From an uncultured Gemmatimonas sp. (GTDB lineage Bacteria > Gemmatimonadota > Gemmatimonadetes > Longimicrobiales > Longimicrobiaceae), in NCBI GenBank assembly GCA_964544905.1, contig CAZJEH010000001.1, positions 1 through 55,131 of the forward strand: a stretch of DNA of 55,131 nt, written 5' to 3'. Each line of letters begins with the position of its first letter. Positions within the stretch are counted from its first letter, which is position 1. Position numbers and translations under genes: made by a program. This document shows positions 29,645 to 38,248 of this stretch, piece by piece. A model generated the notes under the pieces. It did no database searches. It saw only the letters and a program-made list of their open reading frames with translations, and was not told the DNA's origin.

Positions 29645-30290
29645 AAGGAATCTTCCCCGACGGGGTCCGGGTCATACGGACCAGAGCCCAGGCGGATAGG
29701 GGGATGGCAACCGCCATCAACAGGGCTGCCCCACCAAGCGCACTATTCGGAACGGGCTCGACGAAGCCGTAGACGAGCTCGAGGATTTCCTGTCCGGTGC
29801 CTCGTGACCACTCCACGATCCAGGCGAGGGCGGTCTGCATGCCCGCGTCGAGCTGCATACGCGTCCAGTTCCAGATCGTCGTGGGCGTGATCAGCGGGTT
29901 GAAGAGCAACCACGCCAGCAGCGCGATCACCGGAGCGGCCGGAGCGAGCAATGCCGTCGCCACGAGGATCCACCCTCTGCGGGTGTGCGGCATGATCCGC
30001 TTGAACCACGCGACGACCGGGCTTTCCCGCGGAGTCACCTGGATCCGCGACATCACGGCGCCAGCGAACGCTGGAGAAGGTGCGAAGCGAGGCAGCTGCG
30101 ACAGCATCGTGAAGAGCTGCGTGTACGCCTCCAGCTCCGCCGAGCACCGGGCGCAACTCGCCAGGTGCGTCCTGGCAGCATCCGCCTCGCTACCAGCCAG
30201 CGTCCCTTCCGCCAGCTGTTCCAGGCTCATCGCCGACAGGTGCGCTCGTGATTCGCGCATGGGATCCTTAACGGGTTCCGCTTCGTTCAT
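29631..30290 (-). CDS. Zinc-finger (ZAS, H-x3-C-x2-C) transmembrane anti-sigma factor
   Basis: HLASCARC motif about 45 aa from the N-terminus, downstream TM segments (WILVATALLAPAAPVIALLAWLLF), and a position directly after the ECF sigma gene. Confidence 0.75.
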   Translation of the reverse strand: MNEAEPVKDPMRESRAHLSAMSLEQLAEGTLAGSEADAARTHLASCARCSAELEAYTQLFTMLSQLPRFAPSPAFAGAVMSRIQVTPRESPVVAWFKRIMPHTRRGWILVATALLAPAAPVIALLAWLLFNPLITPTTIWNWTRMQLDAGMQTALAWIVEWSRGTGQEILELVYGFVEPVPNSALGGAALLMAVAIPLSAWALVRMTRTPSGKIPYANQ

Positions 30291-30323
30291 GTCGAGAACT
30301 ACGAGGCCTCGAAGCCGATTGTT

Positions 30324-30947
30324 TCATGCCTGTATCCGCAGATGTGACAGCGTTTCCCGCAGTTCCATCCGCGCACGGTGGATGTATGTCTTCACTGTGC
30401 CGAGGGGGATGTCCATAATTTCGGCGATCTCTTCGTACGGCCTTCCCTCGACGTGTCGCAGCAGGATCGCCGTCCTGTACTCCGGTCGCAACCGTCCGAT
30501 GGCAGACTCGATCTCCGCGCCGAGTTCCTTGGCCTCCAGGCGTTCCTCGGGCGTTTCGTCGGAGGAGGCGACGGTCACACGGGAAGCTTCGACCTCTTCG
30601 TCGGTGCGGGCGTAGCGCGAGCCGTCCAGCGAGACGGTCTGGAGTTCCTTCCGGCGCAGAGTGTCGATCGTGAGGTTGGTGGCGATCTTGAATATCCAGC
30701 TCGAGAACTTGAACTTCGGATTGTAGCTCTCGAGGTTGTTGAACACTTTGACGAAAGTCTCCTGCGCCAGATCTTCCGCGGTCTCCCTGTCCCGTACCAT
30801 GCGGTAGACCAGGGAGAACACGGGTCTCTGGTAACGCTCGAGCAACTCCCGGTATGCCTGCTCGCTCCCGGAGCGAGCGAACACGACCAGGTCCTTGTCG
30901 GCTGAGTGGAGGAGGTCCAATGTGTTCAATCGAGATCCCGATGGCAT
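30324..30947 (-). CDS. RNA polymerase ECF-type sigma-70 factor
   Basis: Region 2 (YRELLERYQRPVFSLVYRMVRDRETAEDLAQETFVKVF, FKFSSWIFKIATNLTID) and region 4 (YRTAILLRHVEGRPYEEIAEIMDIPLGTVKTYIHRAR). Confidence 0.93.
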   Translation of the reverse strand: MPSGSRLNTLDLLHSADKDLVVFARSGSEQAYRELLERYQRPVFSLVYRMVRDRETAEDLAQETFVKVFNNLESYNPKFKFSSWIFKIATNLTIDTLRRKELQTVSLDGSRYARTDEEVEASRVTVASSDETPEERLEAKELGAEIESAIGRLRPEYRTAILLRHVEGRPYEEIAEIMDIPLGTVKTYIHRARMELRETLSHLRIQA

Positions 30948-30960
30948 GCCCGATCGACCC

Positions 30961-30987
30961 TACGGCACGCGCGCGGGAAATGTTTCA
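30961..30987 (-). promoter_or_regulatory. ECF-type promoter candidate (TGAAAC-N17-CGTA) upstream of the ECF sigma gene
   Basis: The minus strand reads GTGAAAC atttcccgcgcgcgtgc CGTA, ending 13 nt before ATG 30947. It resembles AAC/CGT-type ECF autoregulated promoters such as SigW (TGAAAC-N16-CGTA). Confidence 0.3.
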
Positions 30988-31160
30988 CCGGCCGAGACGA
31001 GGCCGCTCCATCGATAGCGATTCGGCGTGTCCTCCGCCGGTTGAATCGCTCTGATACACCCGAAACCTCGCCTTTCCCCGCAAGTCATCTCGCTTGCTCC
31101 CCGGTGTCCCGCCGGATAGCTTCCGGCGAACCAGAACATGGACCCGGAACGGTGTTGAAG

Positions 31161-31892
31161 ATGGCGGGAACCCGCTCGAGCGCTCTACCGTCAGAGCAGG
31201 AGAAGGCGGCGCACGTTCGGCGGATGTTTTCCTCGATCGCGCCGCGCTACGATCTGCTCAACCACCTCCTCTCGCTGAACATTGACAGGCGGTGGAGGCG
31301 AGCGGCGGTGGATGCGCTCCGGTGGGAGGAACGGCCGGCCGGCCGATACCTGGACAACTGCGCCGGGACGCTCGACCTCGCGCTCGAGCTGGCCCGCCGT
31401 CCCGGGTTCCGCGGCCTCGTGGTGGGGAGCGATTTCGCGTACCCGATGCTGGCTCGCGGGGAGGAGAAACGACACGGCCTACCGATCCAACCCGTGTGCG
31501 CGGACGCCCTCCGCCTGCCGTACGACGACGCCTCGTTCGACGGGGCCACGGTCGGCTTCGGTGTCCGCAACCTGGCCGGACTCGACGAGGGCCTCGCCGA
31601 GATGGCGCGAGTGCTCAAGCCCGGCGCCCGGTTGGTCGTGCTGGAGTTCACTACTCCGACCTGGCAACCGTTCCGCGCCCTCTACTTCTTCTACTTCCTC
31701 CACATCCTCCCGCTGATCGGGCGGATGATCTCGAAGCACGGCTCCGCCTACGACTACCTCCCTGCCTCTGTGCTTCGCTTTCCGGAGCCGGCCGAGCTGG
31801 CGAGGCGGATGGAGTCTGCCGGCTTCCACTCGGTCGCCTGGCGGCGCCTCACGGGTGGGATCGTGGCGCTCCATCACGGGGTGCGGGCATGA
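31161..31892 (+). CDS. menG: Demethylmenaquinone / ubiquinone C-methyltransferase (UbiE/MenG)
   Basis: VRRMFSSIAPRYDLLNHLLSLNIDRRWRR, the SAM motif region, LKPGARLVVLEF, ISKHGSAYDYLPASV. ATG 31161 is chosen; the upstream ORF extension does not look like protein. Confidence 0.9.
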   Translation: MAGTRSSALPSEQEKAAHVRRMFSSIAPRYDLLNHLLSLNIDRRWRRAAVDALRWEERPAGRYLDNCAGTLDLALELARRPGFRGLVVGSDFAYPMLARGEEKRHGLPIQPVCADALRLPYDDASFDGATVGFGVRNLAGLDEGLAEMARVLKPGARLVVLEFTTPTWQPFRALYFFYFLHILPLIGRMISKHGSAYDYLPASVLRFPEPAELARRMESAGFHSVAWRRLTGGIVALHHGVRA

Positions 31893-32158
31893 TCGGTGTG
31901 CTGGCGAATGCGCTGGTCTCCGCCTTCGTGGTCTGCTGCATTGCGTCCGCGGGCCTGCAGATCGTCGCCTGGACTCGTCATGCGCGGGGCGGGGCGCCAG
32001 TCAGTCTCCGTGCCTTGTGGCGGCCGGAGGGACACTTCGACGACATCGGGCTTCGACAGATTCGGCTCGCCCGACGGCTGCTGCTGATCGGCGGGGTGGC
32101 ATACCTGTCCTACGGTGCTCTGCTCGTCGTCAGCATGGTACTCCAGGGTATGCAGTGA
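31889..32158 (+). CDS. Hypothetical small membrane protein (89 aa) inside the quinone cluster
   Basis: ATGA overlap with the menG stop. Two hydrophobic segments (VLANALVSAFVVCCIASAGLQIV; LLLIGGVAYLSYGALLVVSMVL). Confidence 0.45.
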   Translation: MIGVLANALVSAFVVCCIASAGLQIVAWTRHARGGAPVSLRALWRPEGHFDDIGLRQIRLARRLLLIGGVAYLSYGALLVVSMVLQGMQ

Positions 32159-32206
32159 GCCGGGTCGCGGCCCACCCCGTGGCTTCTCCACAGTGAATTC
32201 GAGGAT

Positions 32207-33694
32207 ATGGCTGTCATCTTCCAGAACCTGAGGGAGTTCATCCAGCATCTCGACAGGAGCGGGGAACTGGTCAGGATCCGCCGGCCGGTGTCCGTGGATC
32301 TCGAGATGGCGGAGATCGCCGACCGTACCATGAAACTTCCGGGAGGCGGTCCGGCCCTCCTGTTCGAGCAGCCCGTCCTCATGGACGGGAGCCACAGCCG
32401 TATCCCGGTAGCCATCAACGTCTTTGGCTCGTGGAGCCGGATCTCGGCGGCACTTGGGGTCGAGCGACTCCAGGAGCACGCGGACCGCATCGAGGCGCTG
32501 CTCAAGCCGGAGGTGCCAAAGGGGTTCTGGGGCAAGGTTCAGATGCTGCCGAAGCTGGCCGAGCTGGCCAAGGTGCCGCCCCGGCGCTACCGGGGGACTC
32601 CGCCCTGTCAGGAGGTCGTGCTCCGACAGGGCGAGTTCGATCTGACCCGGCTGCTCCCCGTGCTGAAGACCTGGCCGCAGGACGGCGGTCCATTCATCAC
32701 CATGCCGATGGTGATGACTCGCCCCCCCGACGGCGGACCGCAGAACATCGGGATGTACCGGATGCAGATCTTCGGGCCCGATACGACTGCGATGCACTGG
32801 CAGCAGCACAAGGGCGGCGCCGCCCACTTTCGCGAGTGGAAGCGCGCGGGCAAGGGGCGTATGCCGGTCGTCGTGGCTCTGGGCGGCGATCCCGCGACGA
32901 TGTATACGCCCACCGCGCCGCTGCCGCCGGGGATCAACGAGTACCTCTTCGGCGGGTTTCTACGTCGGGAGCCCGTCTACACCGCTACGGCTCTCACCGC
33001 CGACCTGGAAATCCCGGCCGAGGCGGAGATCGTCCTCGAGGGTTACGTCGACCCGGAGGAGCCGCTTGCCACCGAGGGGCCATTCGGCGATCACACCGGC
33101 TTCTACACGCTCGAGGATCCCTACCCGGTCTTCCACGTGACGACCGTGACGATGCGGAAGGAGCCCATCTACCCCGCGACACTCGTCGGCCGCCCGCCCG
33201 TGGAGGACGTCTATCTGGGCGGGGCTACAGAACGCATCTTTCTCCCTCTCGCCCGGTTGACGATGCCGGAGATCGTCGACTACCACATGCCTCCGGAGGG
33301 CGTGTTCCACAACCTCGTCTTCGTCTCGATCCGCAAGGAGTACCCGGGGCACGCCTACAAGGTGATGAACGGCCTGTGGGGGATGGGGTTGATGTCCCTG
33401 GCCAAGGTGATCGTCGTCGTGGACGACGTCGTGGACGTGCAGAACGTCCAGGAAGCATGGTGGTACGCGCTCGGCAACATCGACCCGGCCCGCGACGTGG
33501 TATTCACCCGCGGCCCGGTGGACGATCTCGACCACGCATCGCAGATTGCGTCGTTCGGAAGCAAGATGGGGATCGATGGGACTCGCAAGTGGCCTGAAGA
33601 GGGTTTCGTCCGGCGCTGGCCGGACCTCATCGAGATGTCTCCCGAGGTGAAGGCGCGCGTCGACTCGTACTGGAGGGAGCTGGGGATCGGCTGA
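32207..33694 (+). CDS. ubiD: UbiD-family (prFMN-dependent) decarboxylase, menaquinone/ubiquinone biosynthesis
   Basis: 495 aa. NLREFIQHLDRSGELVRI, QNIGMYRMQI, HWQQHKGGA, GPFGDHTGFY. Confidence 0.92.
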   Translation: MAVIFQNLREFIQHLDRSGELVRIRRPVSVDLEMAEIADRTMKLPGGGPALLFEQPVLMDGSHSRIPVAINVFGSWSRISAALGVERLQEHADRIEALLKPEVPKGFWGKVQMLPKLAELAKVPPRRYRGTPPCQEVVLRQGEFDLTRLLPVLKTWPQDGGPFITMPMVMTRPPDGGPQNIGMYRMQIFGPDTTAMHWQQHKGGAAHFREWKRAGKGRMPVVVALGGDPATMYTPTAPLPPGINEYLFGGFLRREPVYTATALTADLEIPAEAEIVLEGYVDPEEPLATEGPFGDHTGFYTLEDPYPVFHVTTVTMRKEPIYPATLVGRPPVEDVYLGGATERIFLPLARLTMPEIVDYHMPPEGVFHNLVFVSIRKEYPGHAYKVMNGLWGMGLMSLAKVIVVVDDVVDVQNVQEAWWYALGNIDPARDVVFTRGPVDDLDHASQIASFGSKMGIDGTRKWPEEGFVRRWPDLIEMSPEVKARVDSYWRELGIG

Positions 33695-33752
33695 GCCGCG
33701 GTCCGGACCGGCTGGAGTCGGCAGTCCGACAACTGTGAGGAGAGCGCAGGAG

Positions 33753-34670
33753 ATGAACACGTCCAATCAGACCGTGATGGAAGGGCAGACGCTGCGCGGA
33801 ACCGGGCGGCTGATCGACTATTCGAACCTGGTCAAGCTGCCGCACACCGTCTTTGCGCTGCCCTTCGCGCTCGTGGGGGCGACGCTGGCGTCATACGGCT
33901 CGTCCGTCACGCTGGGGGAGCTCGGCTGGATCCTGCTGGCATTCACGAGCGCCCGGTTCGCTGCGATGGGCTTCAACCGGATCGTGGACCGGGCGATCGA
34001 CGCGCGGAACCCGCGAACGCGGATGCGGGAAATCCCGGCCGGCAAACTGTCGGTCCGCTCGGCTTCCGTCGCGGTAGCCGTCGCGAGCGTGCTCTTCATC
34101 CTGTCGGCGGGAATGTTGAACAGGATCTGCCTGACGCTGGCGCCATTCGCCCTGGCCTGGATCTTCTTTTACTCCTACACCAAGCGGTTCACGCGCTGGG
34201 CGCACCTGGTGCTGGGTTTCGCGCTGGCGATCGCGCCGGTCGGTGCATACCTCGCCGTCTCCGGCACATGGAGCGAACCGCCCGGGGCGTTGCTCGCGCT
34301 CGCGGGCGCGGTGCTGTGCTGGGTCGCCGGATTCGATATCATCTACTCGCTCCAGGACGAGGAGTTCGACAGGGAGCATGGGCTGCACTCCATCCCGGCG
34401 GCCCTCGGGCGAGGCCGGGCGATTCGTGTCTCCCGACTGCTGCACGTCTTCTCTGTCGCGTTCTTCGCACTGACCGGCGTACTGTTCGAGCCCGTGGGTT
34501 CCATCTACATGGCCGGGGTCGGCCTGATCGCCGCGATGCTGATCTACGAGCAGAGCCTCGTGCGGGAGGATGACCTTTCCCGGGTGGATGCCGCCTTCTT
34601 CAACATCAACGGCGCCATCTCGATCGTATTCTGTATCCTCGTCATCGCTGAACGCGTATTCCAGACGTGA
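33753..34670 (+). CDS. ubiA: UbiA-family aromatic polyprenyltransferase
   Basis: Polytopic protein with FTSARFAAMGFNRIVDRAIDARNPRTRMREIP (NxxxDxxxD-type motif) and a second Asp-rich motif YSLQDEEFD. Confidence 0.9.
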   Translation: MNTSNQTVMEGQTLRGTGRLIDYSNLVKLPHTVFALPFALVGATLASYGSSVTLGELGWILLAFTSARFAAMGFNRIVDRAIDARNPRTRMREIPAGKLSVRSASVAVAVASVLFILSAGMLNRICLTLAPFALAWIFFYSYTKRFTRWAHLVLGFALAIAPVGAYLAVSGTWSEPPGALLALAGAVLCWVAGFDIIYSLQDEEFDREHGLHSIPAALGRGRAIRVSRLLHVFSVAFFALTGVLFEPVGSIYMAGVGLIAAMLIYEQSLVREDDLSRVDAAFFNINGAISIVFCILVIAERVFQT

Positions 34671-35260
34671 TTACCAGGGCGGAGCGACCGGTCGTCGTTG
34701 GAATCACAGGAGCCTCGGGGGCTCCGTACGCGGTTCGCCTGCTGCGCGCCCTCAATGCGTCGGGAACACCGGTCGATCTGATCGTCTCGGCGTACGGATT
34801 CCGGCTGCTCGCGGACGAGTGTGGGATCGATGGGTTGGATGGGCTGAAGGAAGCGACCGGCGATTGGAGCCGCGTCCGGGTCTTCCAGACGGAGAACCGC
34901 GGTGCGACCCCGGCATCGGGATCGGCTCCGACTCGCGGGATGGTGATCTGTCCCTGCTCGATGGGGACGCTCGCCTCCATCGCCAGCGGGACGTCCAGGA
35001 ACCTCGTCGAACGGGCCGCCGATGTGACCCTGAAGGAGCGAAGGCCCCTCGTCCTCGTCCCTCGCGAGACCCCGTTTTCGCTGATCCATCTCGAGAACAT
35101 GACGCGACTGGCGCGTGCCGGCGCGACCATCATGCCTGCGGCGCCCGGCTTCTACCATCGTCCCGCCAGCATCGACGATCTGGTCGATTTCATCGTCTAC
35201 CGCATCCTCGACCACCTCGACATCGACGTGGACGCGCCGCGCTGGTCCAGCGACCGCTAG
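34667..35260 (+). CDS. ubiX: Flavin prenyltransferase UbiX
   Basis: VVVGITGASGAPYAVRLL, MVICPCSMGTLASIASG, DVTLKERRPLVLVPRETP, PAAPGFYHRP. GTGA overlap with ubiA. Confidence 0.92.
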   Translation: MITRAERPVVVGITGASGAPYAVRLLRALNASGTPVDLIVSAYGFRLLADECGIDGLDGLKEATGDWSRVRVFQTENRGATPASGSAPTRGMVICPCSMGTLASIASGTSRNLVERAADVTLKERRPLVLVPRETPFSLIHLENMTRLARAGATIMPAAPGFYHRPASIDDLVDFIVYRILDHLDIDVDAPRWSSDR

Positions 35261-35380
35261 GGATGGTCGAGACCACGTCGGACGCCCGGCTGGGGCGCAC
35301 CGTCACCCGAAAGCCCGATGGCGGGCCCGTTCGCTTGCGCGATGCGTCTTCTCATTCCTGGATGACCAGCGGATAGAACC

Positions 35381-35863
35381 ATGCGCGTCGGGCTCATCTC
35401 CGATACACACGGCATGCTCCGCCCCGAGGTCTTCGCGGCCTTCCACGGAGTCGACTACATCGTGCACGCGGGCGACATCGGCGATCCCGACATCATCGTC
35501 TCTCTCGAGGCCATCGCCCCGGTGACAGCGGTCTGGGGGAACACGGATCGGTGGGACATCGTGAAGGACCATCCGGAGATCGCGGAGATCGACCTGGACG
35601 GAGTGCGGACGGTGGTCATCCACGGACATCAGTACGGGAGTCCCACCGCCACCCGCGTAGCGCAGGCCCATCCGGGTGCGGGCCTCGTGGTTTTTGGCCA
35701 CTCGCACCAGCCGGAGATCGTAAAACACGAGGGCGTTCTGGCCGTCAACCCCGGAAGCGCGGGGCCGGGGAGGTTCACCCTGCCGGTGACGGTCGCGATC
35801 GCGATCTGCGAAAGTGGCAGGGTAGAGGCGTCGATCGTGGAGCTCCTGCCCCGCAGGGGCTGA
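35381..35863 (+). CDS. YfcE/MJ0936-family metallophosphoesterase
   Basis: MRVGLISDTHG, IVHAGDIG, VWGNTD, VIHGHQ, VFGHSHQP. Confidence 0.85.
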   Translation: MRVGLISDTHGMLRPEVFAAFHGVDYIVHAGDIGDPDIIVSLEAIAPVTAVWGNTDRWDIVKDHPEIAEIDLDGVRTVVIHGHQYGSPTATRVAQAHPGAGLVVFGHSHQPEIVKHEGVLAVNPGSAGPGRFTLPVTVAIAICESGRVEASIVELLPRRG

Positions 35864-35886
35864 ACGCCTCTGCGCCGACGGGCCCG

Positions 35887-36873
35887 CTAACCGACGCTGT
35901 CGCCGGCGAGCGCGTCGTTCTGTCCTTCCGTCGCTCCGACGAGGGAGACGATGGGGACCTCAGGTGCGGCACCGAACCGCAGAGGGACGAACCCGTAGCC
36001 GATCCCGCAGGTAATCACGAGGGTCGATCCTCTCAGCTGGAATATTCGGTCGAACTCCTCCATCGCCGCGCCGGGCAGAGCCTCCTCACGCAACCAGGAG
36101 AGGCGCGGCGTTCCGGGCACCTCCACCGATCCGCAGAACGTGTTGCCGGCGAGGATCAGGGGGAAGCGGCCTTCCGGCGCACGGGCGGCGAGCTGCGGTG
36201 CGTGAGTGAGCAGGATGGTAGACGATCCCGGCGCTGCCAGATTCGCGATCACCTGCTCCTGCGTTCCCCACCCTGATGCCAGGATTGCCGGGTCCACCCC
36301 AGCCAGGCTCAGGGTGGCTCCGCCCGTCGTCACCGAAACCGTCGAGTTGCGCAGGACAGTCACTCCTGCGCTCTCGAGCGTGCGGACGATCCGTGCCTCG
36401 AGCGAATCACTGCGGATGTCGTGGTCGCCGAGCACCGCGACCGCTCGCCTTCCGCTCAGCGGTTGCAGGACCCGCTGAAGCGTGAGCACATCATCGCCGC
36501 GGGCGACGTAGTCGCCCAGCAGGACGATGAGATCCGGGTTCTGCGCTACCGCGTGCCTCACGGCCGCCGCCGCGACTTCGTCGTTGCCTTCCCAGAGCCC
36601 GAGCTGAAAATCCGACAGGACGGCCAGCTTCACGCCCTCCGTGCCCGCCTGCAGGCCGGGCATCTCGAGCTCGATCCGAGGGCTCCACAGGTTCTCAGCG
36701 GGGGAGGCGCCGTACAACCGCTCCGGAGGGATGGTTTCGAGCGGGCTCGCAACCGGAGTCTCGGCTGTCGGCTCGACCTCCGTTGCAATCGTCGCTTCGT
36801 CGCCACCCCCGCAGCCGGTGGCCAGGAGGGTGAGCAGCAGCGGCAACAAATTCGGGGCAACTCGTACGGTCAT
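35887..36873 (-). CDS. Calcineurin-like metallophosphoesterase, probable lipoprotein
   Basis: Lipobox-like N-terminus LLLTLLATGCGG. LAVLSDFQLG, VLLGDYV, VLGDHD, LLTHAP. Confidence 0.8.
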   Translation of the reverse strand: MTVRVAPNLLPLLLTLLATGCGGGDEATIATEVEPTAETPVASPLETIPPERLYGASPAENLWSPRIELEMPGLQAGTEGVKLAVLSDFQLGLWEGNDEVAAAAVRHAVAQNPDLIVLLGDYVARGDDVLTLQRVLQPLSGRRAVAVLGDHDIRSDSLEARIVRTLESAGVTVLRNSTVSVTTGGATLSLAGVDPAILASGWGTQEQVIANLAAPGSSTILLTHAPQLAARAPEGRFPLILAGNTFCGSVEVPGTPRLSWLREEALPGAAMEEFDRIFQLRGSTLVITCGIGYGFVPLRFGAAPEVPIVSLVGATEGQNDALAGDSVG

Positions 36874-36933
36874 CGCTCCCGGAGAGCGGATTCGTCGTCG
36901 ATAGCGGGTCACGTGGGCCACCAGTCGGCAGGC

Positions 36934-38040
36934 TCAGCGGTTGGAAATCCGGCCGGCGAGCGGCAGCTCGGACCACCGGCTCTGCGGATACGTCCGCTCG
37001 GACTCATCCGCTCGCGTCCGGAACCAGTGCGCCACGAGGAGGATCTCCTCGATCCGCCGGGGAGCGGTTGTTTCGGACGGGGGCTCCGGTAGCGCGTAGT
37101 GAGCCGCCGCGCACTTCAGGAGCCGCCGCTTCTGAGCCGCGGTTTTCGGGGCAGGATAGACCCCCCTGATCGAGCCGCTCCGTATCGCGTATACCCTGTG
37201 ATCGTCGTGGGCGCCAGGGACGCAGTACAGGAAGCTCAGGCTGTCGAGAGTCTGGTGGAGCGCCTGGAACTCCGCCCGCAACGCCTCGAGCCGAAGAATC
37301 CGGTTGCGAATCGCCGCGGCGTGCTCGAATTGCATCCGCGCCGCGGCGTCGCGCATTCGACGGTCCAGCTCCTCCAACGGCTCAGTCGCCTCTCCCTCGA
37401 GGAACCGCATTGCACGGGCCACGTTCCGGCCGTACTCCGACTCGGTGCACTTTGCCGCGCATGGCGCGAGGCAGCGGCGCAATTCGTGCCGCGCGCACGC
37501 CGGAGCCCGGTCGACCCCGAACAGATCCTGCTGGTCGGCGAAGAGGATCGGAATGGATGTCCGGCAGTCGCGCAGCATCAGCACGCCGTTCAGCTCCCGT
37601 ACGGCGTCGACGATGCGCTGGCCCCCGCGGAAGGGACCGAAGTACGTCCCCGGCTTGTCGGTTACGCGCCTCACGACGTGCAGCCTCGGGGCAGGGCCGT
37701 CCGTCATCTTCAGGAAGACGTAGATCCCATCCCGCTTCTGCCTGACGTTGAACGGCGGCCGATAGCGCTTGATCAGCTCCAGTTCCCGCAGCAGCGACGC
37801 GAACTCGCTCGGAACGTACTCCCAGTCGACCGCCTTGGTCTCCTGAACGATTCGCCACGCCTTCTCGCTCGCTTTCGCCCTGAAGTAGCTCAGCAGCCGC
37901 GTCCGGACACGCTTCGACTTCCCGACGTAGAGCACCACGCCCCCAGCTCCCAGCATCCGGTACACTCCGGGCCGGTTTTCCGCCGATTGCCGCACCTGTT
38001 CGCGCAGCAGGCGGGCGGAGGATGCCTTGGTGGTTTGCAC
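36934..38040 (-). CDS. GIY-YIG nuclease homologous to the N-terminal half of UvrC (Cho-like)
   Basis: PGVYRMLGAGGVVLYVGKSKRVRTRLLSYF (GIY-YIG); FASLLRELELIKRYRPPFN; UVR-like helix hairpin MQFEHAAAIRNRILRLEAL. At 368 aa there is no room for the UvrC RNase H-like and HhH C-terminal half. Confidence 0.78.
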   Translation of the reverse strand: MQTTKASSARLLREQVRQSAENRPGVYRMLGAGGVVLYVGKSKRVRTRLLSYFRAKASEKAWRIVQETKAVDWEYVPSEFASLLRELELIKRYRPPFNVRQKRDGIYVFLKMTDGPAPRLHVVRRVTDKPGTYFGPFRGGQRIVDAVRELNGVLMLRDCRTSIPILFADQQDLFGVDRAPACARHELRRCLAPCAAKCTESEYGRNVARAMRFLEGEATEPLEELDRRMRDAAARMQFEHAAAIRNRILRLEALRAEFQALHQTLDSLSFLYCVPGAHDDHRVYAIRSGSIRGVYPAPKTAAQKRRLLKCAAAHYALPEPPSETTAPRRIEEILLVAHWFRTRADESERTYPQSRWSELPLAGRISNR

Positions 38041-38248
38041 GCTTGGTGAGCCTGACTGCTGGTTGATCGCCGGGAAGCGGGGTGAAGAAAACCCGAAGCG
38101 GCGATCAACGTAGGGAACGATCGTCGAGAGGGAAAGAGCTTCTGGAGAGGACGGCGCCGAGGGAGGGAAGGCAAGTGCGCAGGACGCGCGCGGTTGGCGG
38201 ATCAGTAAGGCCCCGGTAACGACAAGAGCGGCGCTGATCTTCCTTGCG

